Counted from the first letter of the stretch, positions 25,601 to 29,130 are shown. The stretch: 64,000 nucleotides of DNA from Halocafeteria seosinensis (GCA_001687465.1 LVLI01000353.1:1-64000); one strand, 5' to 3'. The notes: generated by a model from the sequence alone, not told the origin. Program-made: numbers and translations.

Positions 25601-27115
25601 GATGGTGGTGGTGTTACTATCTCGAGTGGTTCCAGCAACAGCGGTAAATCTGGAGATATAGACATATTTACAGGCGATGGGAGTGATGGGTCTTCGGGTT
25701 CAATTATTCTCAGTACTGGGTCAGCGACTACATGTGGCCGAGCTGGAGGACTAAGTTTGATCACACACGGGGCGGAAAACGGAAACTCAGGTTCGCTTGT
25801 GCTCAGTGTTGGAAGGTCGTTCAATTCAAACGGTGGTTTCATTTCCTTAAATGCTGGGAGCTCAACTGGCGGTAATGGTGGAACTGTGTCACTCATTGGA
25901 GGCAAAGGAGAAAACATGGGTGGCCATGTTGTTTTGGCTTCTGGAGAAGCAAACGGAGACACTGCTCTAAGTGGACTCATCCAAGTTCAAAGCGGAGAAG
26001 GGACAAATGGGGCCGACTCAGGAAACGTGGTCCTTCAAACTGGTTCTGGTGTCAACAGCGGTTCTATCTCGATTATATCGGGTAAAGGGAATGAGATGTC
26101 CGGTCATCTTCGCTTCGCTACTGGAGCAGCAACCAATGGTGATAGTGGTTCATTGGTTTTTGTAGCCGGCGAGGCAACCGCTTCAGGCAGTGGAGGCCAC
26201 ATTTCCTTGTTGGCAGGCTCGTCGAACCTTGGTGACGGTGGAATGATTGTCTTATCAGGAGGAGAAAGCGCTGCTGCGGACGGTGGGGGAGGTGATATCA
26301 TGCTATTTGCCGCTGGGAACACCCAAGCGGGAGGCAGTATTTCCATAGTTGCTGGAAGTAGCGACTCTAATCCCTCATCAAATGCTGGGAACGTGTACAT
26401 TAGTGCTGGTGAGCACAACGGAGCAAATGCTGGCAGGGTGTTATTGACAACGCTAGGTGGTGATAGCGAAATCGACATAAGAAAATCTATCAGGATCGAA
26501 GCGCTTGAAGACGTGACGGTGGATGCTGTGGAGGATTTTACACTCACTGCAAATACTATAGACTTTTTGGTTGCTGGAGGTACGACAGCAGGGGTCAAAA
26601 TAGAGAGCGCGACACAAGCGACATCAGCATCCGCAAGCATTGACATTTCTACAAATGGTGAAGGGGACATGATGTTCACAATTTCCGAATCGACAGGGAC
26701 TTCTGTTTCCCCGGGGGTCTTCAAGATCATTACCACTATACCTGCTAGTACAGCCAACGAGAGAGGCAGGATAAAACTTGGAAGTGATGAAATGGAAGGA
26801 TTCACCGAGTTATGGACGGTCGTTGCTTCGTTTGCAGACGGGAGGGAGCTTGTCGACGGAGAGCAATTCCACGACAGGATTTCTCTCAGTGAGCCGGACT
26901 TCTCAACTATGAATGCTTCAAGAGACATGATTTTCACACAGCTCCCATTCACCCCAGGGATAGTCTCATCGGCAACCGTGAACACGGCCTTCAGCGGCGG
27001 TGGTTCCGGTATCGATCTATACCTCACTAACCCGACAGACACGCCTATCAATATAGAAACTGGGCAGGGTGTGGTCTTCTTGCAAATTATACGGATGACT
27101 GATGGTAGCTCGTAG
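2..27115 (+). CDS. Giant Gly/Ser-rich repeat protein A (>=9037 aa, 5'-truncated by the window); predicted beta-helical fibre with a non-repetitive C-terminal tip
   Basis: A single frame is open from position 2 (agt ggg aat acg ggc atg...) to TAG at 27113-27115. It carries hundreds of 14-16-aa units such as GQILLSTGDANSGDT and GAIIFRSGVTTLGDS; the last ~220 aa are non-repetitive. The ATG at 17 is internal, since the same sequence recurs at 1298. Confidence 0.93.
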   Translation, partial: SGNTGMIHIKTGSTNNGDSGNIVFSSGQSNDGSSGSLTFGTGVSTDGESGYVSLSTGKADSANSGYILLATGDAEEGDSGGISLLVGRSTSGNGGSVIIRAGSAVDAGHSGGHVEISSGGGNCGGSGQVTLQSSDSLESGNTGSLKINSGATVCGTSGSFSIQSGRSNCGSSGSIAITTGNAEAGVSGQITLKTGCSSEGASGSLSLLVGATTQGNGGSIVIAAGSATDSGGKGGSIEFHSGGGNEGDSGEVTMRTSDVGIEGSTGDIDIASGSTNVGNSGWILVRSGSAATGNTGTVTLNTGKSECGSSGAFLSKTGNSIGGNSGGFSFTTGNGRKSGSISLISGDACSGPSGGIVLQVGASSMNDGGSVIINAGCSQGSTSQGGSISLTTGGGNAGGSGDIDMRTADTQGSGDTGNLQLTTGNAQSGNTGMIHIKTGSTNNGDSGNIVFSSGQSNDGSSGSLTFGTGVSTDGESGYVSLSTGKADSANSGYILLATGDAEEGDAGGISLLVGRSTSGNGGSVIIRAGSAVDAGHSGGHVEISSGGGNSGGSGTASFKSSDSNGVGDSGSVEIFSGDALCGNTGSLLLFSGDAWDDSGNVSLLSGSSCEGSSGQMDISSGNANVLRSGDVHVRTGSAGACSGELLFTTGNADGASGSISIVAGSSNVGNGGRVAIKGGTSSSGSGGYVHLLTADLTSGPSGAISILTGSSTGSGARSGAVTIASGEANHSSGNITIETGKSSASKTGNLRVQSGDGHTESGYLLMKSGKSNVGNSGPISVITGLSCCGRSGHILLSTGDANTNSGGVSILVGSSTSSNGGAVRIIAGNSNNGAGGSIDVSSGQGNLSSGNVSVGSASAANTGRLEIRSGDASHASGGISVASGNANTSLTGSITINSGSSKSGDSGALFLITGSSESASSGNIELASGLSCGGLSGSISFASGNARLSSGSVTLRVGDSYCGQGGTITIHAGNANSSLPGGRIRIQTGASENGNSGSVSIRTGKSNTKNSGYLLFASGGSSSGKSGAISQVTGEAGSCSGRLLLATGNSKDSSGSLIFSTGKSNCGDSGSISLLVGLSDTNQGGDVFVQAGNSVSGRGGNVFVSSGASNKQSGTVSIESSTSTNGNTGRVLIATGLSGGMKSGQLEIASGTANSGNSGSITIKTGQSNTKTSGSTTVSTGDSTSGCSGSVSIITGSSDASCSGSIFLQTGNANTAAGSISLLVGDSQSSSGGCVVIKAGLVTDGNQRGGSILISSGGSNLGGSGRISMRSADTHGTGDTGNFLVQTGNAETGDTGLIHITTGSTNGGDSGNILFNSGESNDGSSGSLTIGTGSTTSGDSGYLTLSTGKSDTGNSGYILLATGDAEGGDAGGISLLVGKSTKGNGGSVIVRAGSSSDTGHAGGDLLISSGGGNSGGSGQAILRTASSSGCGNSGSLQLLSGDTLTGDTGNVKLATGTTNEGNSGALVLASGESVSGSTGKITFSTGSSAEGNSGSLMWSTGESNTQDSGSILVQTGSSCEGETGSISLVVGHSTEGTGGAVVLRAGTSTCAKGGLVDIVSGTSCSGTSGTVTISTGLSTCGASGGLFVASGTSKATSGAMSISTGSSTENNSGKLSLRTGNASASTSGYILFRTGNSAQGSGALSVLTGVSSDGYSGEILLETGCALASNGASGYIRMRTGCSQTNSGGITLATGDVPNGEQSGSMSMMSGNSHSGHSGSLQLRSGQANSGDSGSITVATGESCSSNSGVVTIETGESFVRSGSIEVGTGASTGSASGDISMTSGSATCRSGSVSLVVGDANTGDTGNIEITAGTVTNGDGNGGSVTLRSGDASNGSSGSVEVRSGGVSGAGDSGSFIVGTGSTPDGNSGSISIVGGDSNVGDTGMISIGSGKTNEGVSGSISVYSGVACDGQSGSLYLFTGCAIAGKSGSARLMTGSSTCGDSGSISITAGEATDGNGGGVFIAAGPSTGSSGKGGSVTIQGGRSCQGHSGSLSLRTLDSLVSGNSGYLRIGTGDAATGSSGSISLWTGLVTDGSSGGFLLSSGEATCGNSGYIALLTGGAETDTGSISLVVGTSSKGNGGSILVRAGTAQASDGKGGSVSISSGGGEHGDSGDAYVATGSVSEDGKSGVLVLSSGSTSTGNTGYAKLVTGDANEGDSGMLRISSGESISGNSGQIDINSGSVTSGDSGYLSLATGTSENGDSGYMLLQTGQSNCGRSGGISFLVGKSTAGNGGDVALKAGTAIAAGCSGGSILIKTGCSRSGNSGRLEFVTGSGGCSGASGTIALSSGLACTGASGSLLLASGRSESGASGTMSLLTGVAENGNSGAFVAFTGTACQRTGSMELSTGSTTSGSSGSILAGTGSGQNRSGSLSILVGTSCGTGGNMFIGAGRVEGLGGKGGSAQLVSGSATNGESGQISILTGDVTQAGNTGSIVMRSGSSNNGSTGSVSIFSGSSSSGDSGRLTLRTGSLNDGESGPITLQTGTTKTGNSGAVSFLSGSTNGRSGSLTFSSGDSNVGPSGSISLSSGASVSANSGKIVFTAGSAWGVGGRISISSGTGQGVSRSGGIGVTTGDSNLGASGAISLTTGKSEGDSSGAITFITGDSPNGGNSGQIMLSSGAGNSGKSGAILILSGNANTSTGSISVLVGHAENEGGDIVFQAGGSSEEDGGSVAITSGGSNSGSSGSISLVSLASLGSTGGTTIKSGESTEGNSGSMLLSSGKAASGRSGEIKLKTGSSNCGSSGTISLETGCSIEGTSGSLNYVTGSSCSGSSGHIALISGNADNGKSGSLSLNVGTVNSGDGGKIWVTAGDSSGENSEGGGITFMSGGSADGDSGSISLLTGKILQSGNSGMFSATTGNAQGGNSGSVLVRTGKASLGASGSLTMYSGDANEGDSGGISITTGITDSGSSGSIVLGSGDSNSGNSGALRLVTGDSSAGGAGDISVLVGSSGNGNGGSITIKGGTSKAICGNGGAISILSGKGGSGGRSGDISLATDSASCQGSGSLSIYSGLSELDSSGYITISSGKSCSGRTGSVQISSGVGNERSGAIIIHSGNGQQSTGAIGVHTGKSNSASSGSIALSTGNANSGKSGSMLIKTGCSNCGSTGAITLSVGTSRSGNGGEILLDSGKSDIGGSGDVSILSGGSDNGDSGKISVQTGNAIEGFSGSLVFASGSAKSGDSGKVSISAGSSTSGNSGGIHLLTGSGNKASGSISLHVGSSNSSGGSIVLHAGCTKCANGGSVQITSGGSEEKNSGSIILSTGVALLGNSGSITSVTGTSDNGASGAIILGSGCGLSSGDISISSGQGNTNTGKMSLRTGTSCSGNSGSIELKTGDGNCGRSGDILILSGNGNSAAGSISLIAGHSDCGDSGHIVLSGGRSDSSVGRGGSISLFSGASNAGSSGDLHLTTSKGESASGELQLHTSGGQGNSGAIKIQSGDSATMNSGLVLLESGDAHSSSGAIRVSTGSVNEGSSGSLRFLSGNTEDGNSGVLTVSTGVACNGRAGSISLTVGSSSNAAGGEIAISAGASTSGQNKGGSLTMLSGAGTNADSGSIVVGSSKVTGLANSGAISISSGKGNNGDSGPLKLLSGSAVEGDTGDIIIATGHSSCGASGNIVIETGCGNASGSAGSISVLIGKSGSGDGGNIILSAGESSCGNGGTITILTGEVANGGTSGSFSLLTADANVNGDTGSILLSTGTTCSGFTGCIRIVTGSSDTGDTGYMYAATGTAINGKSGAVSIATGVSDDGESGSVRISSGASNGGNSGWILLQTGGAESGASGGVSISVGNSGCGSGGSIFLRAGNGQGNADGGAVVLETGESAQSNSGSLKLSTADQSLATSGSLVIESGTSSSADSGSVLMQTGKANGRSGAFSLFTGSSTSNRSGNLAFYTGGTNSGLSGVLTARTGTSIEGSSGYLLLQTGSATSGEGGSISLLVSSGANGGSIHISAGNASGSGGNGGSVLVQSGGGNGDGSGAVSIMSADVSHCGTTGSLEIRTGKTLDGNTGIVTVSSGSSQSGTTGYISFASGTSSNGGSGQVTISTGATTEGSSGSLELTTGRTNSGNSGFILISTGDSVEGIGGSISFVAGNSKVQEGGSIFGAAGVSNDATVGGSIEFRSGKSLLGCSGGIGIRTGSGKISSGNAILKTGEADNGNSGSFSIFSGTASSSSGHLDLRSGDASSGDSGYILLSTGRSNCASSGGISILGGKACGAGGSIELHAGNSKSMSGGFVSISTGSGCQGSSGSISIATSSATKRTGSLILSTGVSEEQNSGEILVQSGQATEGNSGNIAIRTGAACETTGSIILSSGNSASGSSGSISILGGDGSCSGSRVSIIAGFSGGPNSTGGKIRIVAGKSKCSSSGPITFSTFNSQSSTNSGGILFSTGRSCSGTSGHLSFSTGDGVNMGNSGLIVIHSGMSQGGDTGAIDLSTGKATLASGDMKIATGESNCGNSGHVSILTGSACGRSGGISMIAGASSSSTGGSIVIEAGSTTSTTHSGGAIDLHGGAADGVGLSSGNVSVQSGCSIGGSSGSVNILTGNAADASGRLFIRTGAANKHSGSLSITTGASTAGDTGGVVVLSGMAGNNSGDILLATGTANNGRSGSLSILTGRSSNGASGHVAVIAGDANNGLGGSISLLAGSSQNHAATGGAVTIITGNGCSDSGAIQIESHCMFSGSSGSITLRSGGLSQGATGQLAVSSGGSNSGSSGNILVSSGEAGNDSGSITLNTGAANEGSSGALVLSVGESNEGNTGFLLMRTGSACKASGSISLVAGSSNGAGGNFLIKAGDSGGEENGGAIILASGNANFGQSGKISLSTGSSSSAGSSGEATIKTGNSVSGVSGSISVVTGRSNSGDTGSVDIATGASNCAESGALLLYSGDSNQSDSGGLLLSSGTSSNGNSGYIALVTGSARHRTGAISIVVGESEVDDGGVISIRAGNSNGVNAKGGSVSVVSGSSLNGNSGSIELRTRTSKSGNSGRVAFSTGSSCQGSSGSLSFISGNAAQRNSGSIHVQSGSTVSGTSGNIRIATGRALQSGSISAMTGAANEESGDIVLSSGSASNSGSVSIVAGVGNSMGGNVVLMSGSSNGQSGFVNVITGSGGAGKSGELSLFSGRGSVATGNIRMFSGESQEGNSGYVKIFTGCAHDGKSGSFDIATGNSNDDHSGYIKLSTGSGTKSSGSISLLAGIANTNAGSIVMSGGDSLSAAGLGGSIEIVSGKGEAASGMLEFSTAKGGNSGTSGLVVLRTGSSTSGNSGSVSVFTGQSNCQRSGHVHIGSGNGKEQGSGSLTLASGDAEAKFSGSISISTGNACSGASGSILYGSGGSTSGPSGSISLLSGASNGGNTGSVTIKTGKTSTEAETGDITVSTGQSPLGISGGMTLRTGCADSWSGSLSVSTGSSAENSGYLYFSTGNSNNGNSGAVDVTTGAASCRGSGAISLSTGSGHNTGKLVLETGVSNKRSGSIYVSSGNAGMSTGMVKILTGKSDSASSGNVILATGNSNTGQSGGVAIKSGKGNTSGELELRSGDSNSGNSGSLRMHSGSSNNGASGSISILTGKAQGATGGLEMITGTSALSDSGYIEVQTGTGNKSGRLSFSTGNASSGNTGYIAIVTGDSEVETTGSISITVGQANAGKGGDVHISAGSSSDPSSGGGRITVISGGGNSGGSGDVSIRTANALHEGDTGTVVLSTGNTNTGNTGSITLRSGMTTSGDTGDLIFSSGTSKKGNSGTLTLGTGATTNGDSGRLSIRSGQANNGNSGYLLLATGSANGGSGGSISMLVGSSTVGNGGDVYISAGSSTDVDARGGNIQIISGGGNTGGSGSLSIVSADTNAGTSGSFTLRSGSSNTGNSGGLVLHTGNAATGNSGTLSMTTGMSNFGSSGKVVLATGGSCNGMTGSIDMSTGAASSGGSGRILVRTGDSNSSSSGSISMVTGTSNKKTGGLTFSSGDGSENSGILVVSTGKSICGNSGMITIATGKSAGTGASGNIAMSSGETNQGSSGSISILSGSSASANSGDIVLSTGAAPNGKAGSILLGTAAGGDGRAGGFSLVSGLSSNGNGAHVVIFAGSTLDMDGTGGSVSISSGGGSCGDSGGLVLETADAHAVSGIISVSTGMSENNSGALTLGTGIAHSGTSGGISIFTGVSNIGHSGVIDIFSGDASSGASGKIEVLTGSSCSGNSGSILIKSGEANSGSSGSLSLLAGNGNSGGSVDVRAGMGNNGDGGYVAVISGSSCSGNTGSISLVTADTESNASSGLVNIRSGNAGGASGRITMETGNAEANSGHIRFETGTSVSGASGSISMFTGKSDGDSESGAINLTTGNANGKSGSLNISSGNSLTGNSGGITISVGSSSSGMGGSISISTGESNAENSGRVVLLSGNSECGRSGTIVMTSGSSNASTSGAILVATGASCSGASGSFEYATGESQHGSSGELTVRSGNGMSSGSISLVSGDSEADSGKLALGTGTSDGSNAGSIRISTGTANCGRSGSISVVVGRSTNGNGGIVSIRAGSSHKLKGGSVSISSGASPTDSGDLLLHSASSNAGGNSGALSIFSGDASTGDTGSLTLQTGSSSCGSTGSFDVISGSTNVGNSGMIRIETGAANQAKSGGIRLRTGATSCGNAGHIHIATGSSKTAVGGTFSLLAGSSETARGGDVIVAAGSSSDPDAQGGNVRITSGGGNAGDSGAITIYSPDALSTGNTGQILLSTGDANSGDTGAIIFRSGVTTLGDSGEVMLSSGMSCGGNSGTLTLGTGATTNGDSGRIVLQSGSTNNGNAGFILIGSGQATNGIGGSISLLVGSSDSGSGGNVYVAAGSSSDSTAAGGSIQILSGGGDSGGSGDISIESSSATIEGSTGAILLSSGDTCSGNTGSIILRSGLTSAGDSGEVMLSSGISLMGNSGRLTLGTGASTDGDSGRIILHSGGANNGNAGYIVIGTGKAQCGVGGSISILVGSSGSGNGGNINLSAGSSCERGGGIVLASGEGETFSGAISIFTGKSNSSGSGGLAIGTGISAKESGSVQIDTGTSNGDSGLILISSGDSDTGVSGEVTVKTGGGCKQSGLISIRSGESNLVNSGSIILATGNANSGRSGNLIISVGRGNENGGSIRIEAGASTGGNGGGISITSGNGVSSGKVFIASGNSSCGNSGSLSIVSGEAENVSGSITFRSGDADKDSGSLDISSGAAQSGNSGFILLATGPSNCGIAGSLSIVTGSSQNKGSSIYIRAGETNSSTHEGGSISLITGDSVGGTTGSLTLRTSGNTASMDSGEIGLVSGRVNEGNSGYIAIYSGLTNCGTSGTISVTTGLSTSGNTGGITIATGVTTEGDSGSATLRTGKSTSGNSGNVLISTGEGINTGSISVVVGSATTNGGSLAVMAGSATGSDGIGGAITIASGSGTATSGFIDIESGKAHDSSGSLSVETGAANNGDSGDISIGTGNSNSGKSGSILLSVGDSNHGGVGAVQFQTGTANAGDSGSVKFVVGDSDSGNSGSLIFVTGKSNSADSGSIRVITGNSDSGNSGSISLLGGLAENGNGGDIFLSAGRSEAGRGGDATIFTGLGSNGDSGALSLISATADGNSGRLSLTTGKSAQESTGNIVMASGTSGTDSGTVSILTGGANGDSGSITLSTGSSNSAMSGGISLFSGGADSSGSVVIRSGNANVGGGGSIELETGESSLSSSGGISIRTGDVDVAGASGNILFSTGSSCDGDTGGFTASTGSTNIGNSGALEVRSGMAQCGSSGFIILQTGDSRSGESGGLSFVSGASNAGEGGGIVLSAGSSVACGSGGSIDFFSGSACNGETGSLTIVTAASNLANTGHILLSTGNAITGSSGHVVLSTGSSKHGESGGVTITTGDVTASNAAAGDFDWEAGSSSKGTGGSILLTGGSGNRGGSVSIIAGVACSSSGIGGCIAFETGRNNDGMSGELLLLTGDGCSSGSITLATGTASTDISGSITVSTGNSGNEGAAGGIELQAGNSIDNTGAGGGITVRAGKSSTQADGGDIEIVGGGSTSGNGGSVRLQAGNSVHHDGGDLSIASGSGNTESGSIDIRSGDANSSGFLALVSGKSSGTSGSISLITGSSSTGSSGDIILSTGSASVASGSISLFAGESNGDGGALVLQSGRSNTGTSGEVIIASRNGQCSGSIEIRTGSSDVSSGFVDISTGDSNGAAGSISITVGSAKDKAGDVVIRAGDASSGSDYNGGSVSIIAGKGPSAATKRSGVVRIETSSSISGDSGKVTLATGNSDGVSNGSGAITLQTGVGTGSSGNIHLLVGDSNANGGCIILSAGKSVRSGTGGTVLIQGGSSSSGNGGYVILSAGSGSANGGAISIQSGASNFALSGSVHVLTGDACEGSSGDIDIGTGRATSGRSGDVQFTTGDSSGGNSGELVLASGKASSADAHGGSISIVVGASGNNARGGNLLLQSGKGGSHSGSLSMITGNGGNTGSIVFSSGQANKQSGKLAFSTGKSNCGTSGDIVMNIGTSVNGNGGNFLVTLGSAETGNGGSISLLSGDGNRGGDIVVSAGDGTSNDGGGVTISSGSSNSGKSGDIDIFTGDGSDGSSGSIILSTGSATTCGRAGGLSLITHGAENGNSGSLVLSVGRSFNSNGGFISLNAGSSTGGNGGTVSLIGGKGENMGGHVVLASGEANGDTALSGLIQVQSGEGTNGADSGNVVLQTGSGVNSGSISIISGKGNEMSGHLRFATGAATNGDSGSLVFVAGEATASGSGGHISLLAGSSNLGDGGMIVLSGGESAAADGGGGDIMLFAAGNTQAGGSISIVAGSSDSNPSSNAGNVYISAGEHNGANAGRVLLTTLGGDSEIDIRKSIRIEALEDVTVDAVEDFTLTANTIDFLVAGGTTAGVKIESATQATSASASIDISTNGEGDMMFTISESTGTSVSPGVFKIITTIPASTANERGRIKLGSDEMEGFTELWTVVASFADGRELVDGEQFHDRISLSEPDFSTMNASRDMIFTQLPFTPGIVSSATVNTAFSGGGSGIDLYLTNPTDTPINIETGQGVVFLQIIRMTDGSS

Positions 27116-27413
27116 ACATAACCCATAGACCGCACCCGGCAAGATTACAGCTATGGTAGAACTCGGGTACATACATTATAGTTACCACCATGATATTTGT
27201 ATACCACTTCTTGTTTGTTATTGGTGCTTACCGAACAAAGAATAATGACATCCTTTGTTTACATGGAAATCTCAGATCTGCTTTTCACTGAATCATTGGA
27301 GCACTTCACAAATGCACTCTGCCATTATCCCTAGTGTTAGTGTTTTGTGTCGAAGCAGGGTCATTCGCTGTCTTCAAGTTCACTGTTGCACAGCATTTGT
27401 ATGTATCGTACGG

Positions 27414-28202
27414 ATGGAGGTATCAGTCCCTTCCGGTCTGGTGAACGACAAGAGCACCCATGACGAGGAGTGTTATGAGGGTGGAAGACAAATAGCGCAA
27501 TGGGTGTATAATAGTGGGATCCTCGTAGAGCTTCCAGTCATTGTGCATCATCGAGAATCCATCCCACACCTTCTCACAGGTGCGCCCTCCTCCTCGTCTT
27601 CAGTACATGATGAGGGTGGTGCTCCAGGAGCAGCAGAGACGAGACGATTGCTCTGGACGATTGCGTCGGATCTCTCCATGGCACAAGACAATGGCACTGC
27701 CGAGGAAGTGGCTGTGGACGATGATAATAAGTATGCGCGGTATTTAAAAAGTGACGACTGGAAGGTGGCTGTCCCTGAGGCATCCTCGGGGAAACGGAAC
27801 CAAGGGTGTTTGGCTCTTCGCCTTCGGTCCTCGGACCCCTTCGCACCCAGCACCATAAGTGGCAAGTATCGATTGCGGGGATCCAACTTCTTGTTACGAG
27901 TGCCGAAAAACAGGCAAACAACGTCAGCCAAGGCGGTACTCCACAAGAGGATACCGGGAAGAATAGAGTTTAATAGACCAATGGATGCCGTCTACCTCAT
28001 CTCGAGAGGAGAGGGAGAGAAAACTACTTCCTCTGATACAAATTCTACGATGGCCACATCTGCTGAGGGAGTGGAAATAGAGCAAAAGAAAGATCAACAA
28101 AGCATACCGATCCAATCATTGCCGAACACCCTTTGCTTGAGCCGATTTCCTCGGGACTACTGGAATCACGCAACTTCCAAAACCTCAGCCTCTCATAGCT
28201 GA
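27414..28202 (+). CDS. Protein resembling the N-terminal domain of TFIIIC subunit 5 (Tau95/Sfc1/GTF3C5)
   Basis: Motif order VELPVIV...LALRLRSSDPFAPSTISG...SNFLLRV...IPGRIEFNRPMDAVYL...LPNTLCLSRFPRDYW parallels my recollection of Tau95_N (VEYPG.V / L.L.FRP.DP..HPI / NLLLKV / F..MADFQY / PP.FS...P.DY). Start inferred at MEVSVP (ATG 27414). Confidence 0.55.
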   Translation: MEVSVPSGLVNDKSTHDEECYEGGRQIAQWVYNSGILVELPVIVHHRESIPHLLTGAPSSSSSVHDEGGAPGAAETRRLLWTIASDLSMAQDNGTAEEVAVDDDNKYARYLKSDDWKVAVPEASSGKRNQGCLALRLRSSDPFAPSTISGKYRLRGSNFLLRVPKNRQTTSAKAVLHKRIPGRIEFNRPMDAVYLISRGEGEKTTSSDTNSTMATSAEGVEIEQKKDQQSIPIQSLPNTLCLSRFPRDYWNHATSKTSASHS

Positions 28203-28914
28203 GTTTGGAAGCAATATAATGGTAGTGACGATCCTTTTTCGGGGTTGGGTAGCGCCTAAATGCAATGCTCCCTCTACCCCTTTCATACACATACGCAGGG
28301 AGCGATGAATCGGATAAACTGTACATTGTGGAATGACTTATGGATACACGAAGGTAAACAACACCTCTAAAATCAGACTTGCCCCCTAAGTCGCCTTCAA
28401 GGCTCGTGTTCTGGGTAGAAGTTTAGTTAGCCCTCAGTAGCGGACATAGATAGATATTGAATCGGTATGAGAGCATATACACCAACAAAGAATGGACGGC
28501 GTACTCACACTACCATATCACACTGTATTCCAGAGATCCCAACGTCCGTTTAGAACGTGGAAACGCAGGTGAAGTGCAACTTTAGATACGGCTTCGAAAT
28601 TTACAACAAAGATACGAAGTTATTCCGCATTGAATGACGACGGCACGAGATACTAGAATAAACGCAATTATTTTCAAGCACGTGTTGTTGTAGTGAACAA
28701 TAACCGGAAGGAATCAAATTTTTCTCTGCAGACAGCCGAGTAAGTACATCAGCCAAGTTTTACAAGAACGTATTGAATGACAACAACTACTGGTACTGTA
28801 GTATCATCTGGGACGCAACAAGGTGCATATTAACTGTTGCATACATAATGGTCAAGAGATACCAAGAATTATAACCTTAAACTACTTGTTCGAGTATATG
28901 TAGGGTGAGACGCC

Positions 28915-29130
28915 ATGGAAATTTTTGTAACACTGGGAAGACTTGAACCTGCGTTGATACATGCTACGCTAGCCCACAAAGTAAGGTGTGTCTTCCGGCT
29001 GTTAGGCATCACGAATCAAGGTGGCTTGTATGTAGCTTACCATAAAGGCGAACCTTTAGAGGGAACGTCGTACCTCTTGAAGTGCGGTGTGGCACAATTT
29101 ACGTAATGAAGAAACGGCTTTGGAGAAACC
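28915..29130 (+). pseudogene. Possible degenerate ubiquitin-like domain fragment
   Basis: MEIFVTL...LGI...VAYHKGEPLEGTSYLLKCGV followed by a frameshifted GTIYVMKKRL follows the ubiquitin pattern MQIFV...EGI...LIFAGKQLEDGRTL..YNI...TLHLVLRL. Confidence 0.35.

Noticed and set aside
360..25800. Possible codon reassignment of TGY suggested by abundant Cys in the repeats
   Set aside because: Conserved Cys motifs in WDR19 use TGY normally and the housekeeping genes translate correctly with the standard code.
2..27115. RTX toxin, PE-PGRS, ice-nucleation protein or bacterial autotransporter identity for the giant ORFs
   Set aside because: There are no GGxGxDxL nonamers, no GGAGG PGRS pattern, no AGYGSTxT octamers and no C-terminal beta-barrel, and the flanking genes are spliced eukaryotic genes.
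196..27135. Many Pro-rich minus-strand ORFs (up to 414 aa) opposite giant gene A
   Set aside because: They are antisense shadows of Gly/Ser codons that mirror the sense repeat and show no independent domain signal.
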